Origin: a virus
DNA length: 64,000 bases
IMG/VR virus record: IMGVR_UViG_3300008259_000011
Coordinates: 70,144-134,143 of that record
Direction: 5' to 3' (one strand)
A program made the translations under genes and the position numbers. The notes below the pieces were generated by a model. The model was given only the letters and a program-made list of their open reading frames with translations, was not told where the DNA came from and made no database searches. Positions 26,588-37,106 of this stretch are shown in pieces; within the stretch, counting starts at the first letter, position 1, and every line of letters starts with the position of its first letter.

Positions 26588-26758
26588 ATAAAAAATTTTC
26601 ACTTACTTCCAATGGATTTTTCACCTATCGTTGGTAGCCATACTATTCCCAGTACGACCGGCGTCTCCTATTCCTTGGCCCGCCTCTACGGTGTTTTGAT
26701 AAGTTCAAAACTTCAAAAAACTCAAGGACAACCGTGTGCCGTCCTTCATCATGTAAAC

Positions 26759-26787
26759 ACTCTATCACCGACTTCCCTCGCCGTCAA
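26759..26787 (-). promoter_or_regulatory. sigma70-type promoter upstream of tRNA array 2
   Basis: TTGACG-17nt-TAGAGT. Confidence 0.6.
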
Positions 26788-26788
26788 C

Positions 26789-26873
26789 AAAAAACCGTCA
26801 CTTTTTTAGGGTGACGGTTGATATTGTTCAAGAAAGGTAAAAGATGAGTCAGAGTACACAATATCAGCCGTCA
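26789..26873 (-). terminator. attenuator 2: terminator (26789-26819) with 16-bp antiterminator (26858-26873 pairing 26812-26827)
   Basis: AACCGTCAC-loop-GTGACGGTTTTTT; TGACGGCTGATATTGT pairs ACAATATCAACCGTCA and overlaps the leader stop codon. Confidence 0.85.
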
Positions 26874-26935
26874 ACACATTCACAATCTCTTGTAAATGTA
26901 TTCCAGCGTTTAATATTGGTATACAAATGGTTCAT
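26864..26935 (-). CDS. leader peptide 2 MNHLYTNIKRWNTFTRDCECVDG (putative attenuation sensor)
   Basis: 23 codons; codons 2-20 all match anticodons present in array 2; TATTTATA motif 7 nt upstream. Confidence 0.85.
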   Translation of the reverse strand: MNHLYTNIKRWNTFTRDCECVDG

Positions 26936-26969
26936 TTTCAAGTATAAATATACGTAAATTTCGAAAACA

Positions 26970-28421
26970 TCAATTTATTTGTATTTTTCCACCTTTTATT
27001 ACAAACGTATGTGGTTGTTGATCATTCAACTTCGCAAGTGTGGCAGGATCTTTGAACGCTGCACCAATCGATCCCATGAACTCTCCAAGTTTGGCTTGTA
27101 ACGATGACAAAAACTTCTCTGCAGCACCTTTAACGTTGGCAACAACTTTCTTAACGGCATCTACACCACGTTGTATAATTCCAGCTTCACTTATTCCCGC
27201 CAACTCCATCAAACGTGGATGACTGTACTCGACACTTTCTTTTCTCCACAAATCACTACCTTTAGTCCACGAACTAAACTTTTCCATACCACTAAATATT
27301 TTATCAATAGTAGAATCAGGAACACCTTGTGTAAGTTGACGAACACGTGTGGCAAGATCTATCTGTAATCCACTCACTTTAGTGCTTGTAATGTCAACCA
27401 CATCAACTTTGTCACGGGTAACATTATAACTTACCTGTTGTACTTTACTAATAACCACACCATTGTGTGTAAATTCACAATTTGATACAACTAATTGGTT
27501 ACTAGAATTAGTTTTAACGGTTCCAGTTATTGTACCATCTTCTCCCAATATGTCATTAAAATCTCTAAGTGAATGGGTTTTCATAGAAACATTGGCCGAC
27601 ATCTGTGTTCCTTTAAATGATTGTTCCTCCAACATTCTATTCAACTTAGCCAAGTTAACGATACGACGAACGGTGTCATCACCTTTAAGATTCTTGATTT
27701 CATCCATCGCACTTTGAAAATCCGCATAAGCAGGATCATTCATCAAATCTGTAGGAGCAATACCATGATCCGCATGTGATATGGCTCTAGCACTATCTTT
27801 ATCCAAAAATTGAGGATCATTCACATCCATTCCCATATCAGCTACCGCTTGACTAATTCTATCTTTCAACGTCTCATCATTCATGTTATTCAACCGTTCC
27901 AAATTATCCAGTTGATCACGTAGATCATCAGCATCACCCACGTTACTTGCATCCATATCAATACCCAACTTTTCAAATATATCATTGAACGCATCCGGAT
28001 TTTGTGAACTCTCAAACCCAGCAACTGCACTTCCAATCAAAGTCAAAACCATCATCGCTAAACGAATCTTGATGAATGCCAACTTTGGATTCTTGGCAAA
28101 AAAACTAACAACCTTTCCAAGAATACTCAACACCAACCCCTGTTTCTTATCTTTTGATTTGTTCTTTAACGACTCAATAGTGGTTGCTAATTTATTTGCA
28201 GACGCTGCATAAATTTTTAAAGAAGCATCATTCAACGCACTACCGGTCTTATTCACTGCAAATGAAATCAAATCACTTGCCTTTTTACCAGCATCCTTAA
28301 TATTAAACTCATTGATCTGACGACCCTCTTTCAACAAAAAAGAATAATCATAAAATTCATTAATGGCACGTTGCGTATCAACATCAATATTTTCAACAAG
28401 AAGAGGTTTTAACTTGATCAT
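26970..28421 (-). CDS. hypothetical, probable virion-internal protein (MIKLKPLLVE motif, one hydrophobic helix)
   Basis: 483 aa ORF. Confidence 0.75.
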   Translation of the reverse strand: MIKLKPLLVENIDVDTQRAINEFYDYSFLLKEGRQINEFNIKDAGKKASDLISFAVNKTGSALNDASLKIYAASANKLATTIESLKNKSKDKKQGLVLSILGKVVSFFAKNPKLAFIKIRLAMMVLTLIGSAVAGFESSQNPDAFNDIFEKLGIDMDASNVGDADDLRDQLDNLERLNNMNDETLKDRISQAVADMGMDVNDPQFLDKDSARAISHADHGIAPTDLMNDPAYADFQSAMDEIKNLKGDDTVRRIVNLAKLNRMLEEQSFKGTQMSANVSMKTHSLRDFNDILGEDGTITGTVKTNSSNQLVVSNCEFTHNGVVISKVQQVSYNVTRDKVDVVDITSTKVSGLQIDLATRVRQLTQGVPDSTIDKIFSGMEKFSSWTKGSDLWRKESVEYSHPRLMELAGISEAGIIQRGVDAVKKVVANVKGAAEKFLSSLQAKLGEFMGSIGAAFKDPATLAKLNDQQPHTFVIKGGKIQIN

Positions 28422-28439
28422 ATATCATAATAAATATAA

Positions 28440-29042
28440 TCAATAACGTGAATCCATCAAAGGTGCAAAGTTATTTCGTATTGTCTGTAACAACTCAATA
28501 TCTTTGCTGACTACTCCCAATCCATACGAATTGGTGAAATTTAATTTTGGTTCTTGTATTTCATGAAACCATTCTTTCACCGAAAGCCATTCAGTGCACG
28601 TATCATGTAATAACACCACGCCATTTGGTTTCAAAAATTTTGTCCATTCACGATAATCGTGACTTACAGCATCATACGCATGATATCCATCAATATGTAA
28701 AATATCAATTGGCAAAGTCCAATCACGTAATGCATCATCAAATGACATGTGCATTATATTAACATTGAACAAATCTAACACATTTATATGCTTCATCACT
28801 TCAATTTTAGTCTTTTCATCTCGGTATCCAGTATTAGGATCTCCTCTGAACCAATCAATACCATATACAGTGCCTATTCCACAAACAGCAAAACTAAACG
28901 TACTACACCCAGAATCAACACCCAAATCGACCATCACTGATGGATTTTTGTAACGCATCAACCAATCGGCAAATTTACTGTGTCCCGACCATACACTGGG
29001 TACAAATTCTTTTATATAATTACACTTTTCTTGTATTGTCAT
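28440..29042 (-). CDS. class I SAM methyltransferase (Methyltransf_24-like)
   Basis: VDLGVDSG.S, GIDWF.GD, IDILHIDGYH.Y, GVVLLHD; start uncertain. Confidence 0.88.
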   Translation of the reverse strand: MTIQEKCNYIKEFVPSVWSGHSKFADWLMRYKNPSVMVDLGVDSGCSTFSFAVCGIGTVYGIDWFRGDPNTGYRDEKTKIEVMKHINVLDLFNVNIMHMSFDDALRDWTLPIDILHIDGYHAYDAVSHDYREWTKFLKPNGVVLLHDTCTEWLSVKEWFHEIQEPKLNFTNSYGLGVVSKDIELLQTIRNNFAPLMDSRY

Positions 29043-29063
29043 TATTGTTTTATATATATCAAT

Positions 29064-29339
29064 ATGACCGAAAAAACTAAAAAGATTACTGAACATAACG
29101 AACTTATCGCAACCAGAGTACCACCCGGAGATAGATGGACACTCGTTTCAGACGCACGAAAAGTAATCTATGGCAGCATCACCGACGCTCTTGAAGCCTA
29201 TTTCAACTACTGCCAATTCAAAGGCGAATACAGACTCGCCCCACTCGAAAGCAAACTATTCGCAATAAAAACCGTAGAGGAAGAAGTTAAGCCAGAACCG
29301 CCTAAACGTCTCAACCTCTACGGTGATAGACCCGAATAA
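29064..29339 (+). CDS. conserved hypothetical phage protein
   Basis: likely start MTEKTKK; RVPPGDRW motif. Confidence 0.65.
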   Translation: MTEKTKKITEHNELIATRVPPGDRWTLVSDARKVIYGSITDALEAYFNYCQFKGEYRLAPLESKLFAIKTVEEEVKPEPPKRLNLYGDRPE

Positions 29340-29344
29340 GTTAG

Positions 29345-29905
29345 TTACTTTTTCTTCTTTTTATAAAACATCTTCCAAGCAGTGGCATACACCACGCCCA
29401 ATCCCTTTTTCTCACCATACTGTTTAACAAAACGCTCCTTGTTGGCTTTAACCCACGGTTCCATGCCAGGAGGAGCCTTCTCTGTCAATATATCTTCTTC
29501 CAATTGACCACTCGAAATCGCCTCTTCCCATGTCTCACTCATATAAGGCTTCTCACCACCATGACTGCCACGATATCCATGAACTTGTCCCAACAAACCT
29601 TCCAACTCACTATCGTTGTTAACAATATCCTTCTCTTCTTGGGAAATATTACGATTCTCTATAAAATCGTTGACCTTCTCCGCATCTTGAAACATTCCTT
29701 CATAATGATCACCATTAGGATCTTGGTCGTTATCAACCATTTTCAAGTGAGTTTTCAACGAATCTTTAAGATCATTCAACCACTCACCAACATGATCCTC
29801 CGCAGAATCCATCGGCTCATATTCATCATAATCAACAGCGCCAATCTCATTAATAACTTCATCGACGCTCTCTCTAATAAGTTTCTTTAGTTGTTCTCTG
29901 TTCAT
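29345..29905 (-). CDS. hypothetical protein with MNREQLKKLIRE motif
   Basis: acidic ORF; C-terminal F.KQYG......YATAWK module. Confidence 0.75.
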   Translation of the reverse strand: MNREQLKKLIRESVDEVINEIGAVDYDEYEPMDSAEDHVGEWLNDLKDSLKTHLKMVDNDQDPNGDHYEGMFQDAEKVNDFIENRNISQEEKDIVNNDSELEGLLGQVHGYRGSHGGEKPYMSETWEEAISSGQLEEDILTEKAPPGMEPWVKANKERFVKQYGEKKGLGVVYATAWKMFYKKKKK

Positions 29906-29909
29906 AAAA

Positions 29910-30299
29910 TTATTTCTTTAAATTTTCAAAATCCAGAACAAGATTTAGACGATCAATCTCCAATTGCGTCTTTTGTTTCAAAATAGGAATAACACGTTCG
30001 TAATACTCATCTTCACTTTCATCGTCTTTCTTAGGAACATAAAACTCCAATTCCTCAATTTTATACGATAATTGCTTTATACGTGCAATAATATTTACAG
30101 CCTTTGATAAAGTACTCGCAGGCTTCATCTGTGCCAACTTTTCATCGTCAGCTTTAGACTTTGCATCCTTATCAGCCTGTTGTTGCTTAAACTTCTCAGC
30201 AGCAGCACGTATCGCAGCGTTGTATCCCATGGGACTGCTACGAATACGACTCTCAGCGATAACTTGCTTGATTACCTCTTTCAATTCATTTCTCGTCAT
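29910..30299 (-). CDS. hypothetical protein with MTRNELKEVIKQ motif
   Basis: ORF after TATTTATA. Confidence 0.7.
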   Translation of the reverse strand: MTRNELKEVIKQVIAESRIRSSPMGYNAAIRAAAEKFKQQQADKDAKSKADDEKLAQMKPASTLSKAVNIIARIKQLSYKIEELEFYVPKKDDESEDEYYERVIPILKQKTQLEIDRLNLVLDFENLKK

Positions 30300-30341
30300 A
30301 TGATTTATAAATATGACACAAATAATAAAATCCCTCTTTTT

Positions 30342-30551
30342 TCAAAGAAGTTCCACTCCAATTACATAACTGTTCTCGATATTCCTCAATACCTTGACTT
30401 TATCAGTACTACACAACTGTTGCAACGCAATGCAAACAAACTCACTGTCCCCACCAACACACGTCAGTTCCAAATAATCAAATCGTTCATGAATTATACA
30501 TTCGGTCACACCATAATGCGTCTTTAAAGTTTGTACGATGGTCTCTCTCAT
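30342..30551 (-). CDS. hypothetical protein
   Basis: 69 aa ORF. Confidence 0.55.
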   Translation of the reverse strand: MRETIVQTLKTHYGVTECIIHERFDYLELTCVGGDSEFVCIALQQLCSTDKVKVLRNIENSYVIGVELL

Positions 30552-30592
30552 ATATAATAAACATACACCAAATCATAACCATCGTCAACTTA

Positions 30593-31060
30593 TTATAACC
30601 CAGCCGTCTTGTAGTCCATCTTTACATCACCACGATCAATCAATAACTTGCGGTTTGCCATATGCTTATCACGTACACTTTCCTTGTTCTCACCCATATA
30701 CTTTACAGCATAGTTCTTAGCAATCAACTGTTCATTCAATACTTCCTTGGTATCAGGATTAACAATCTCACCCAATAGTCTTCCAAACTTCTCACGCCCA
30801 CTATCATCAGTACCCTCACTAATATGTGTACGTATAATCACCTTGTTCTTACACGCAGCCACAAACTTCTTACAAAAATCCTTGCTGGCCATTCCAAATA
30901 CCTTCTCCACTTTGTCGCTGGTTCTACTCTCAGGTGTATCAACTCCCAATAAACGAACTTTCTGGTTCGTAAACATCACGTCAAAACCCAAATCAATGTC
31001 AACAACAATCGTATCACCGTCAACCACTTCAGTCACGGTAGCATTATATTCATATGGCAT
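30593..31060 (-). CDS. thermonuclease (SNase-like) family protein
   Basis: VVDGDT, VRLLGVDTPE, KFGRLLG. Confidence 0.92.
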   Translation of the reverse strand: MPYEYNATVTEVVDGDTIVVDIDLGFDVMFTNQKVRLLGVDTPESRTSDKVEKVFGMASKDFCKKFVAACKNKVIIRTHISEGTDDSGREKFGRLLGEIVNPDTKEVLNEQLIAKNYAVKYMGENKESVRDKHMANRKLLIDRGDVKMDYKTAGL

Positions 31061-31091
31061 AATGCCACATACATATTATAAATATACCCAA

Positions 31092-31589
31092 TCAATTCAA
31101 CTTCTTTATCAGCTTGTGCGCAGCGTTCTCACGCATATAACGGTTAAAATCAACCACCATCTTACGACTCTTCAACCGAGCCTCAATCTCCCAAGGAGCA
31201 GTAAAGTAATCCATATGAGTCTCAAAAGTGTCATACTTCACACCGTTAAACTCATACGTCATATCAGCATCATTCTTGCCAAAAGCCTTCAAACGACCAT
31301 CACGATGCTGCGTCACATGAATCAACTCATGAGCAACACTCTCCACAACCAAATCACCACTAATACCCTCCCGGTTGCTAAGAGAAACACAATAACGTTT
31401 ACGACGACCACCAGGCATCTCTACACACGCAACCGTCTCAGTGTCACCATACACATTCTCAACACCCTCGTTCTCATTCAACTTCGTAGGATCAACAAAA
31501 CGCAAAACAACCTTGGTACGATCAATCCCCAAAATCTCACAAAAATAACCAAACGCCTTAGTAGCACGCTTCTTGCAAATGTCGTTCAT
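31092..31589 (-). CDS. HEXXH zinc metallopeptidase-like protein
   Basis: VAHELIHVTQ..G, Y...PWEIEA. Confidence 0.75.
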   Translation of the reverse strand: MNDICKKRATKAFGYFCEILGIDRTKVVLRFVDPTKLNENEGVENVYGDTETVACVEMPGGRRKRYCVSLSNREGISGDLVVESVAHELIHVTQHRDGRLKAFGKNDADMTYEFNGVKYDTFETHMDYFTAPWEIEARLKSRKMVVDFNRYMRENAAHKLIKKLN

Positions 31590-31767
31590 CGTGAGTACAC
31601 TCTACAACAAGAGTTACTCCACGTCAACACTTTTTTGAAACTTTGCCCTCCGACAATACACCTTTCGACTGTCAATCCTACGAGTGCAAGGATTCATCTC
31701 ACCCCACGTCTTCCTAACCTTTATCTTAACTTTCATACACGCCACCCTACCACAACTATAAAATAAG

Positions 31768-32346
31768 TCAATCACCTTTTTCTTCGTCATGATACTCAAC
31801 CATAAACGTTGGGTTTTCCTTGATAATCTTGCTCAAACGCTCATCCAAACGACCATCACTCTCCTGCAACTTGGTTCTCAAATAATCCTTCAAAGCAACC
31901 AAATGCTTACACAAACTCGGCTTTCTGCGGGGATTAGTCTTGTTCGGAGGATTACCATTACACTGATTCAACGTATCTGCACCAGTATCACCCGCTTCCT
32001 GCGCAGCATTCGCATACGCCCACCTATACTTGTAATCAGGACAACTACAGTCAACCTTACACATCACATCATCCATACTACGCTTATTCTTGTACTTCAC
32101 ATAAGCATCCTTCTCAAACGATATACGACCAGTATGAGGACGCATCGTTGTAATGTGATCACGGTCACTCTTGTATCCGAAATTCCACTGCTCCTCATCC
32201 TCATTGGCAGTTCCAGCCAAACTACGCACCCTCATACGACTGCCACGATCAATACGACCATCGTCCGTTTGTGACAACAACTGCTTGAAACTCATCTTCT
32301 CAAACAATAATGACGGGTTTCTCAATATCTCCATTAACTTGATCAT
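31768..32346 (-). CDS. SWIM zinc-finger protein with MIKLMEIL motif
   Basis: CSCPD.....CKHL. Confidence 0.75.
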   Translation of the reverse strand: MIKLMEILRNPSLLFEKMSFKQLLSQTDDGRIDRGSRMRVRSLAGTANEDEEQWNFGYKSDRDHITTMRPHTGRISFEKDAYVKYKNKRSMDDVMCKVDCSCPDYKYRWAYANAAQEAGDTGADTLNQCNGNPPNKTNPRRKPSLCKHLVALKDYLRTKLQESDGRLDERLSKIIKENPTFMVEYHDEEKGD

Positions 32347-32395
32347 AAACAATAAATATACCCAGTTATACTTATATCACCATATTTATAAACAA

Positions 32396-33928
32396 ATGAA
32401 CGTGGAAAATATCAAAGAAGAAGCACGCACGGTATTCAAAAAGAACAAAAATCACATCCATATCATGGACGTACCAATGTTCTCACTATACATCCACAAA
32501 GACTTGCTCAAAAATACAAATATAGCAAACCAAGACTTCAATATAATGATCTATAGCATGTTTGCTATCGCAGATAAAAACTTCCCCGGACAACTTCCAA
32601 AAGATTGGCAACCAAATTACCCATCAGATGCTCCAAAAGACGAATACCTGAAAAAAGTAGAAAACTTCCTCAAAACCATATTCTCAAAAGCAAAAAATCA
32701 AATAAACGACATCGGCTTTAGTTCAGCTCACGCAAATGTCGTATTTAACGAAATGGAAGATTTAGGTACCGCTTCATACGCAGGATATATATCCTTAAAC
32801 GTAAAATACGTAGACACCAGTGTACAAGATAACCCATCATTCATATCCACCATCGTTCACGAATGGGCACACCTGTTCATGTTCAATAGATCCGCCCAAT
32901 TCAAAAACGCAGTAATTACTCTATACAAAGACATTCTATCCAAATCCAAAGACAAATTCAAAGATCCCACTATAAACCCTTTCGATATCGTTAAACCAGA
33001 AAAACTATCACCAACACTCGAAAACGTGATTCTAAAATACTGGACCGGTATCATCGCAAACATACCAGCCAATATATCACACCTAAAATCAACCACCATT
33101 AAAATATTCTCCAAACACCCCTTCAACTTTGACCTATACCACCACCTACCTCACCTCATAGAATTTAACGGTAAACTCAAAGACAATACCACACTGTCCA
33201 CCTATAATTACGATTCCATCACACTGCCAAAAAACTCACAAGTATATATACTAAAAGGATCAACCGGCTGGATCATCGGCGCTAGACAAAATAACAAACG
33301 ATACGAAATCGTATGTAAACCAAACGAACTCGAAAATTACGTCACCGGTACCAATACCCCTTCCATCCTACCAGATATACAAAAAGCCATCGCCACTTAC
33401 ATAAACAAAATACCACCCCAAGATCGAATATCAAACATTCCAGAAAAAATTCACGAACATATGCAATCATCATTCAAACAAATGATGTCCAATATATTCG
33501 CATACATACCCTCCAAATCAGAACTAGATGACATAAAAGATTTCACAGACGAATACATAATACCAAGAGTATATGACATGATCAATGACCCAGAAGCAAT
33601 AACCCTCACCAATAGAGACAAAATATACGACTACCTATGGGTACAAAACCCCCACAAACCCTTCGGTACAAGCATACTCAAATATATCGACTCCAATATA
33701 TACAAAAATATACAACTCAAAAACCTTAAACAAGACCTAGATAAACCAGACTTCACAGGCCCATTTTTCGAAAAACATAGAACAATCCTCCAAAAATTAT
33801 CCAATTGGATCAACTCCTACGGTATGTCCAATAACCTTGAACTGTGGTCCACAGCAATCGAATACTTCTTCCAATTACCAAAAAATTATAGAAAAGATAT
33901 AGTCAAACTCATGTATATGGCAGAATAA
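32396..33928 (+). CDS. large hypothetical protein with HEXXH motif
   Basis: TIVHEWAH plus distal Y...N..E; likely start MNVENIK after TATTTATA. Confidence 0.7.
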   Translation: MNVENIKEEARTVFKKNKNHIHIMDVPMFSLYIHKDLLKNTNIANQDFNIMIYSMFAIADKNFPGQLPKDWQPNYPSDAPKDEYLKKVENFLKTIFSKAKNQINDIGFSSAHANVVFNEMEDLGTASYAGYISLNVKYVDTSVQDNPSFISTIVHEWAHLFMFNRSAQFKNAVITLYKDILSKSKDKFKDPTINPFDIVKPEKLSPTLENVILKYWTGIIANIPANISHLKSTTIKIFSKHPFNFDLYHHLPHLIEFNGKLKDNTTLSTYNYDSITLPKNSQVYILKGSTGWIIGARQNNKRYEIVCKPNELENYVTGTNTPSILPDIQKAIATYINKIPPQDRISNIPEKIHEHMQSSFKQMMSNIFAYIPSKSELDDIKDFTDEYIIPRVYDMINDPEAITLTNRDKIYDYLWVQNPHKPFGTSILKYIDSNIYKNIQLKNLKQDLDKPDFTGPFFEKHRTILQKLSNWINSYGMSNNLELWSTAIEYFFQLPKNYRKDIVKLMYMAE

Positions 33929-34496
33929 ATACCATATATACAAAACCCCCATCAAAAAATCTACCCCGCCGCCAAATTCAGATTTAACCCAAATCAGTGC
34001 AAAAAGTACCCCATAAAAACAGGGTCATATAACCAAAATAACAGGTAAAACGCTGCGCAGCGTATATATAAAAGTCCCCATAGAATTTTTACCATGTTGG
34101 GGGCAAAGGTCAGGGGGGGTGGGAGGGGTCGCGCGACCCCCATGTTCAGAAGTAAAACCGGGGGGGTGGGGTGGGGGGATCCCCCTGTTTTTGACGCGTA
34201 AAACAAGGGTATGGGTGGGTAGGGGACACCCCGGTTTTGTCAAGTAAAATAAGGGGGTGCCCCCGGAGGGGTCATTATTGAAAGTACACGTCCGGCCATT
34301 TGCCGGAATAGGTTCCCGTGACGGGACACCTTTTCAAGTGTCTTACCCCAGCCGCAACAGCCATGTGGCAGACCAGCGATAGCCACCGGCAGATAAACCG
34401 CCGGTCCCCGGTGGTTTGGATGAAGGATCGAATCCCTCAGCCGTTCCGCTGCGAGTGAATGAATGGTGTTCTTCATAGGACGAGGACAGTCTAGGT

Positions 34497-34512
34497 TGTT
34501 CCATGTGGAACA
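34497..34512. promoter_or_regulatory. parS-like palindrome
   Basis: TGTTCCATGTGGAACA. Confidence 0.6.
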
Positions 34513-34686
34513 CAACACTTTTTTTCAATTATTTTGAGTAGTCAGCGTAGGTGACGGAGTGGACAACTGACGCGTAAAACTTTTGAGGTTGACAAAGATG
34601 AGCGACGGTGGTAAACGGGTCTGACGCGTAAAACTTTTGAGGTTGACAAAAGGCCCGTGGACGTATCCACGGGTTTGATTACCCCG

Positions 34687-34821
34687 TCACTCTAGTGAGT
34701 CCCCATCGAGGACTTCCACCCCGGTGTAGATGACTATCTGCCCGGTGTTGTCGAAATCGACCTGACAACCAAGTGCTTGAAGTTGTCGGGTCAGCTCAAG
34801 AATCTGCCTTGTTTCGTCCAT
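34687..34821 (-). CDS. 44 aa protein, paralog of 36859..36999
   Basis: MDETRQILELTRQLQALGCQVDFDNTGQIVIYTGVEVLDGDSLE with own promoter and terminator. Confidence 0.7.
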   Translation of the reverse strand: MDETRQILELTRQLQALGCQVDFDNTGQIVIYTGVEVLDGDSLE

Positions 34822-35040
34822 GGTAGTGTTTGAGTAGTCAATAACCAACGGACCAGACCCTACCAGACATCATCGAACCGTCAATTGTTTTTTCACAATT
34901 TTTCCTACCGGGGGACGCGTAAAACTAATGACCTTGACCAAGTAGAGAGCCGATGGTAAACGAGTCTGACGCGTAAAACTTTTGAGGTTGACAAAAAAAA
35001 TACTGTTTACCAGATGAGTGATAAACAGTATCTTTGTGTA

Positions 35041-35238
35041 TTAGAAGTCCATTCCTCGTTCTATCTTATCTGCACAACTATTGCAATAAGCGTAGTGTGG
35101 TTGAATATTGACCATTCGTTCACAACCTCGACATTTCTTATTGACGTTGGTTTTCTGGCAATGGTGATAGAACGATACCATTTCAGGATCGTCCATTTCG
35201 TCCCAAGTGCCGAAGTTATCATCGTGATAAATAGGCAT
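35041..35238 (-). CDS. small CxxC zinc-binding protein
   Basis: MPIYHDDNFG...CRGC...CNSC. Confidence 0.65.
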   Translation of the reverse strand: MPIYHDDNFGTWDEMDDPEMVSFYHHCQKTNVNKKCRGCERMVNIQPHYAYCNSCADKIERGMDF

Positions 35239-35702
35239 AATAGTAATAGTAGTAGTGTAACCGACGTTGATGGAAAGAACAAACCGACGTTGAAACTGTC
35301 TCAAATCGAAATCTGGTTGTCTACATTTATTTCAAATTATTTTTACCGGGGGACGCGTAAAACTTATGTTCTTGCCAAAAGCGTTCGACTGTGGTAACGG
35401 CTGACGTAAAACTTTGGGTGTTGACAAAGATGGACAACGATGGTAAACGAGTCTGGATTGTGGTAACGGCTGACGCGTAAAACTTTTGGGGTTGACAAAG
35501 TTGACCGACGATAGTAAATGAGTCTGGATCGTGGTAACGACTGACGCGTAAAACTTTGGTGATTGACAAATCGTGGGTTTTTATCAAGGAACCCACAAAC
35601 CTTTGTCGATTTACTACTACTCTACTACCCCTCTATTACTAGAGGAGAAATTGATAAACAGGGGTATTTGTGATATTGATACCCCTCTAGTGATAGTGGG
35701 AG

Positions 35703-35897
35703 TTATTTAGATACTTTACGTTTGGCACTACGAAGTGCCATACCTCTCATGGGTGTGACAGTATCTTCTGTTCTAAATCCTCGACGTAGTTCCCAATCAC
35801 GGAACTTCTTATTGAAGTCTTCGATATTGATACGAGTATCAGTATGTCCAACGGTATCAGTAACGTAGTTTTCTCTTTTGAAACTTGGTTTGTGCAT
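35703..35897 (-). CDS. hypothetical protein
   Basis: 64 aa ORF. Confidence 0.55.
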   Translation of the reverse strand: MHKPSFKRENYVTDTVGHTDTRINIEDFNKKFRDWELRRGFRTEDTVTPMRGMALRSAKRKVSK

Positions 35898-36096
35898 TGT
35901 AGTAGAATAGTAATTGGGTTTTTAGGATTACCCACAACCTTTTATGGATACGGTGAATGCTGTGATGATTCACACCTGTAGATACCACAAAGTATTTACA
36001 AGTTGACGCAATATCCAAAGTGATAAAGTAACGTGGGTTTTTATCAAGGAACCCACAAAACCTTTACCTATGAACCAACAAACAACACTAACCTAC

Positions 36097-36654
36097 CTAT
36101 TCCCGAAACAATTTATCGAGATTTAGAACCTCGGTATTTATGTTCCGAAAAGTGATTTTGAGGATACTATCCATCGAAAACGTAATAACACTACGTTTGA
36201 AAGGTTTGATACTCGCGGGTTTATTGATAAAGGTCTTGAGAACTTCAACCTCTTTATCTGTTAGACGAATACCGTTATGGTAGTATGTATTGTTGTAAGA
36301 CCGGAATGGGAAATACTGCAGATATTTCTTGGTATGGTCTTTCTTTGATTGACAAAGGGCAAGTGCATTACCATTAGTGTCATGCTCATGGACATACCAT
36401 ATTTTACCGGGAACATAAACGGGTTGTTCAATACCCGCCTCTTTCATTCGACGGATGATTCCGTCGAGGTAGTTGATATTTACAAGTCCATTCCGACGGG
36501 ACCGTTTGGTCGCGCCGACAAATGGGTTGTTGGTTTTTCTGGCATCAACCTCGACTTCCGTTTCCATGGAGATAAACCGGCAAGCGGTTCCCAAGGTGCG
36601 GAGGTAGTCTGGCAGACTCTCGACTGGAACTTTCTGGGTAGGTAGGTTTTTCAT
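36097..36654 (-). CDS. hypothetical phage protein
   Basis: likely start MKNLPTQ after TTGACG promoter. Confidence 0.7.
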   Translation of the reverse strand: MKNLPTQKVPVESLPDYLRTLGTACRFISMETEVEVDARKTNNPFVGATKRSRRNGLVNINYLDGIIRRMKEAGIEQPVYVPGKIWYVHEHDTNGNALALCQSKKDHTKKYLQYFPFRSYNNTYYHNGIRLTDKEVEVLKTFINKPASIKPFKRSVITFSMDSILKITFRNINTEVLNLDKLFRE

Positions 36655-36858
36655 ATCGACGGAGACACAGTAGCCCGAAACCGTGTTTCCGTCAAAACAT
36701 TTCGCCACTTTTCTCCAACTATTTTCACCATGACCACCACCGTCCCGACGCGTAAAACTAATGACCTTGACAAAGTTGAACGACGATGGTAGACGAGTCT
36801 GACGCGTAAAACTTTTTGGATTGACAAAAGACCCGTGGACGTATCCACGGGTTTGATG

Positions 36859-36999
36859 TCAACCTATGCTGTTCTCGTCTAACACCTCAACTCCGGTGTA
36901 GATGAGGAGTTGGTTGTTGTTGTCCATCCCAACCTCACAACCAAGTTGATGGAGTTGTCGGGTCAGCTCAAGGATCTTTCGTTTCGTTTCTTCGTCCAT
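36859..36999 (-). CDS. 46 aa protein, paralog of 34687..34821
   Basis: MDEETKRKILELTRQLHQLGCEVGMDNNNQLLIYTGVEVLDENSIG. Confidence 0.7.
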   Translation of the reverse strand: MDEETKRKILELTRQLHQLGCEVGMDNNNQLLIYTGVEVLDENSIG

Positions 37000-37090
37000 G
37001 GTAGTATTTTTAGGTAGTTCGGTAACCGACGATGAGACCCTAACACAACCACCAACGGAGTAAATATGTATTTTGAACTATCTTTGACCA

Positions 37091-37106
37091 TGTTCCGCAT
37101 GGAACA
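37091..37106. promoter_or_regulatory. degenerate parS-like palindrome
   Basis: TGTTCCGCATGGAACA. Confidence 0.45.

Noticed and set aside
30747-31766. 339 aa plus-strand ORF (and similar antisense ORFs at 31789, 50353, 51326)
   Set aside because: Antisense shadows of recognisable minus-strand genes, caused by strong C/A skew depleting stop codons.
34100-34230. G-quadruplex as a functional element
   Set aside because: G-runs are present but nothing beyond composition supports a function; treated as part of the skew boundary.
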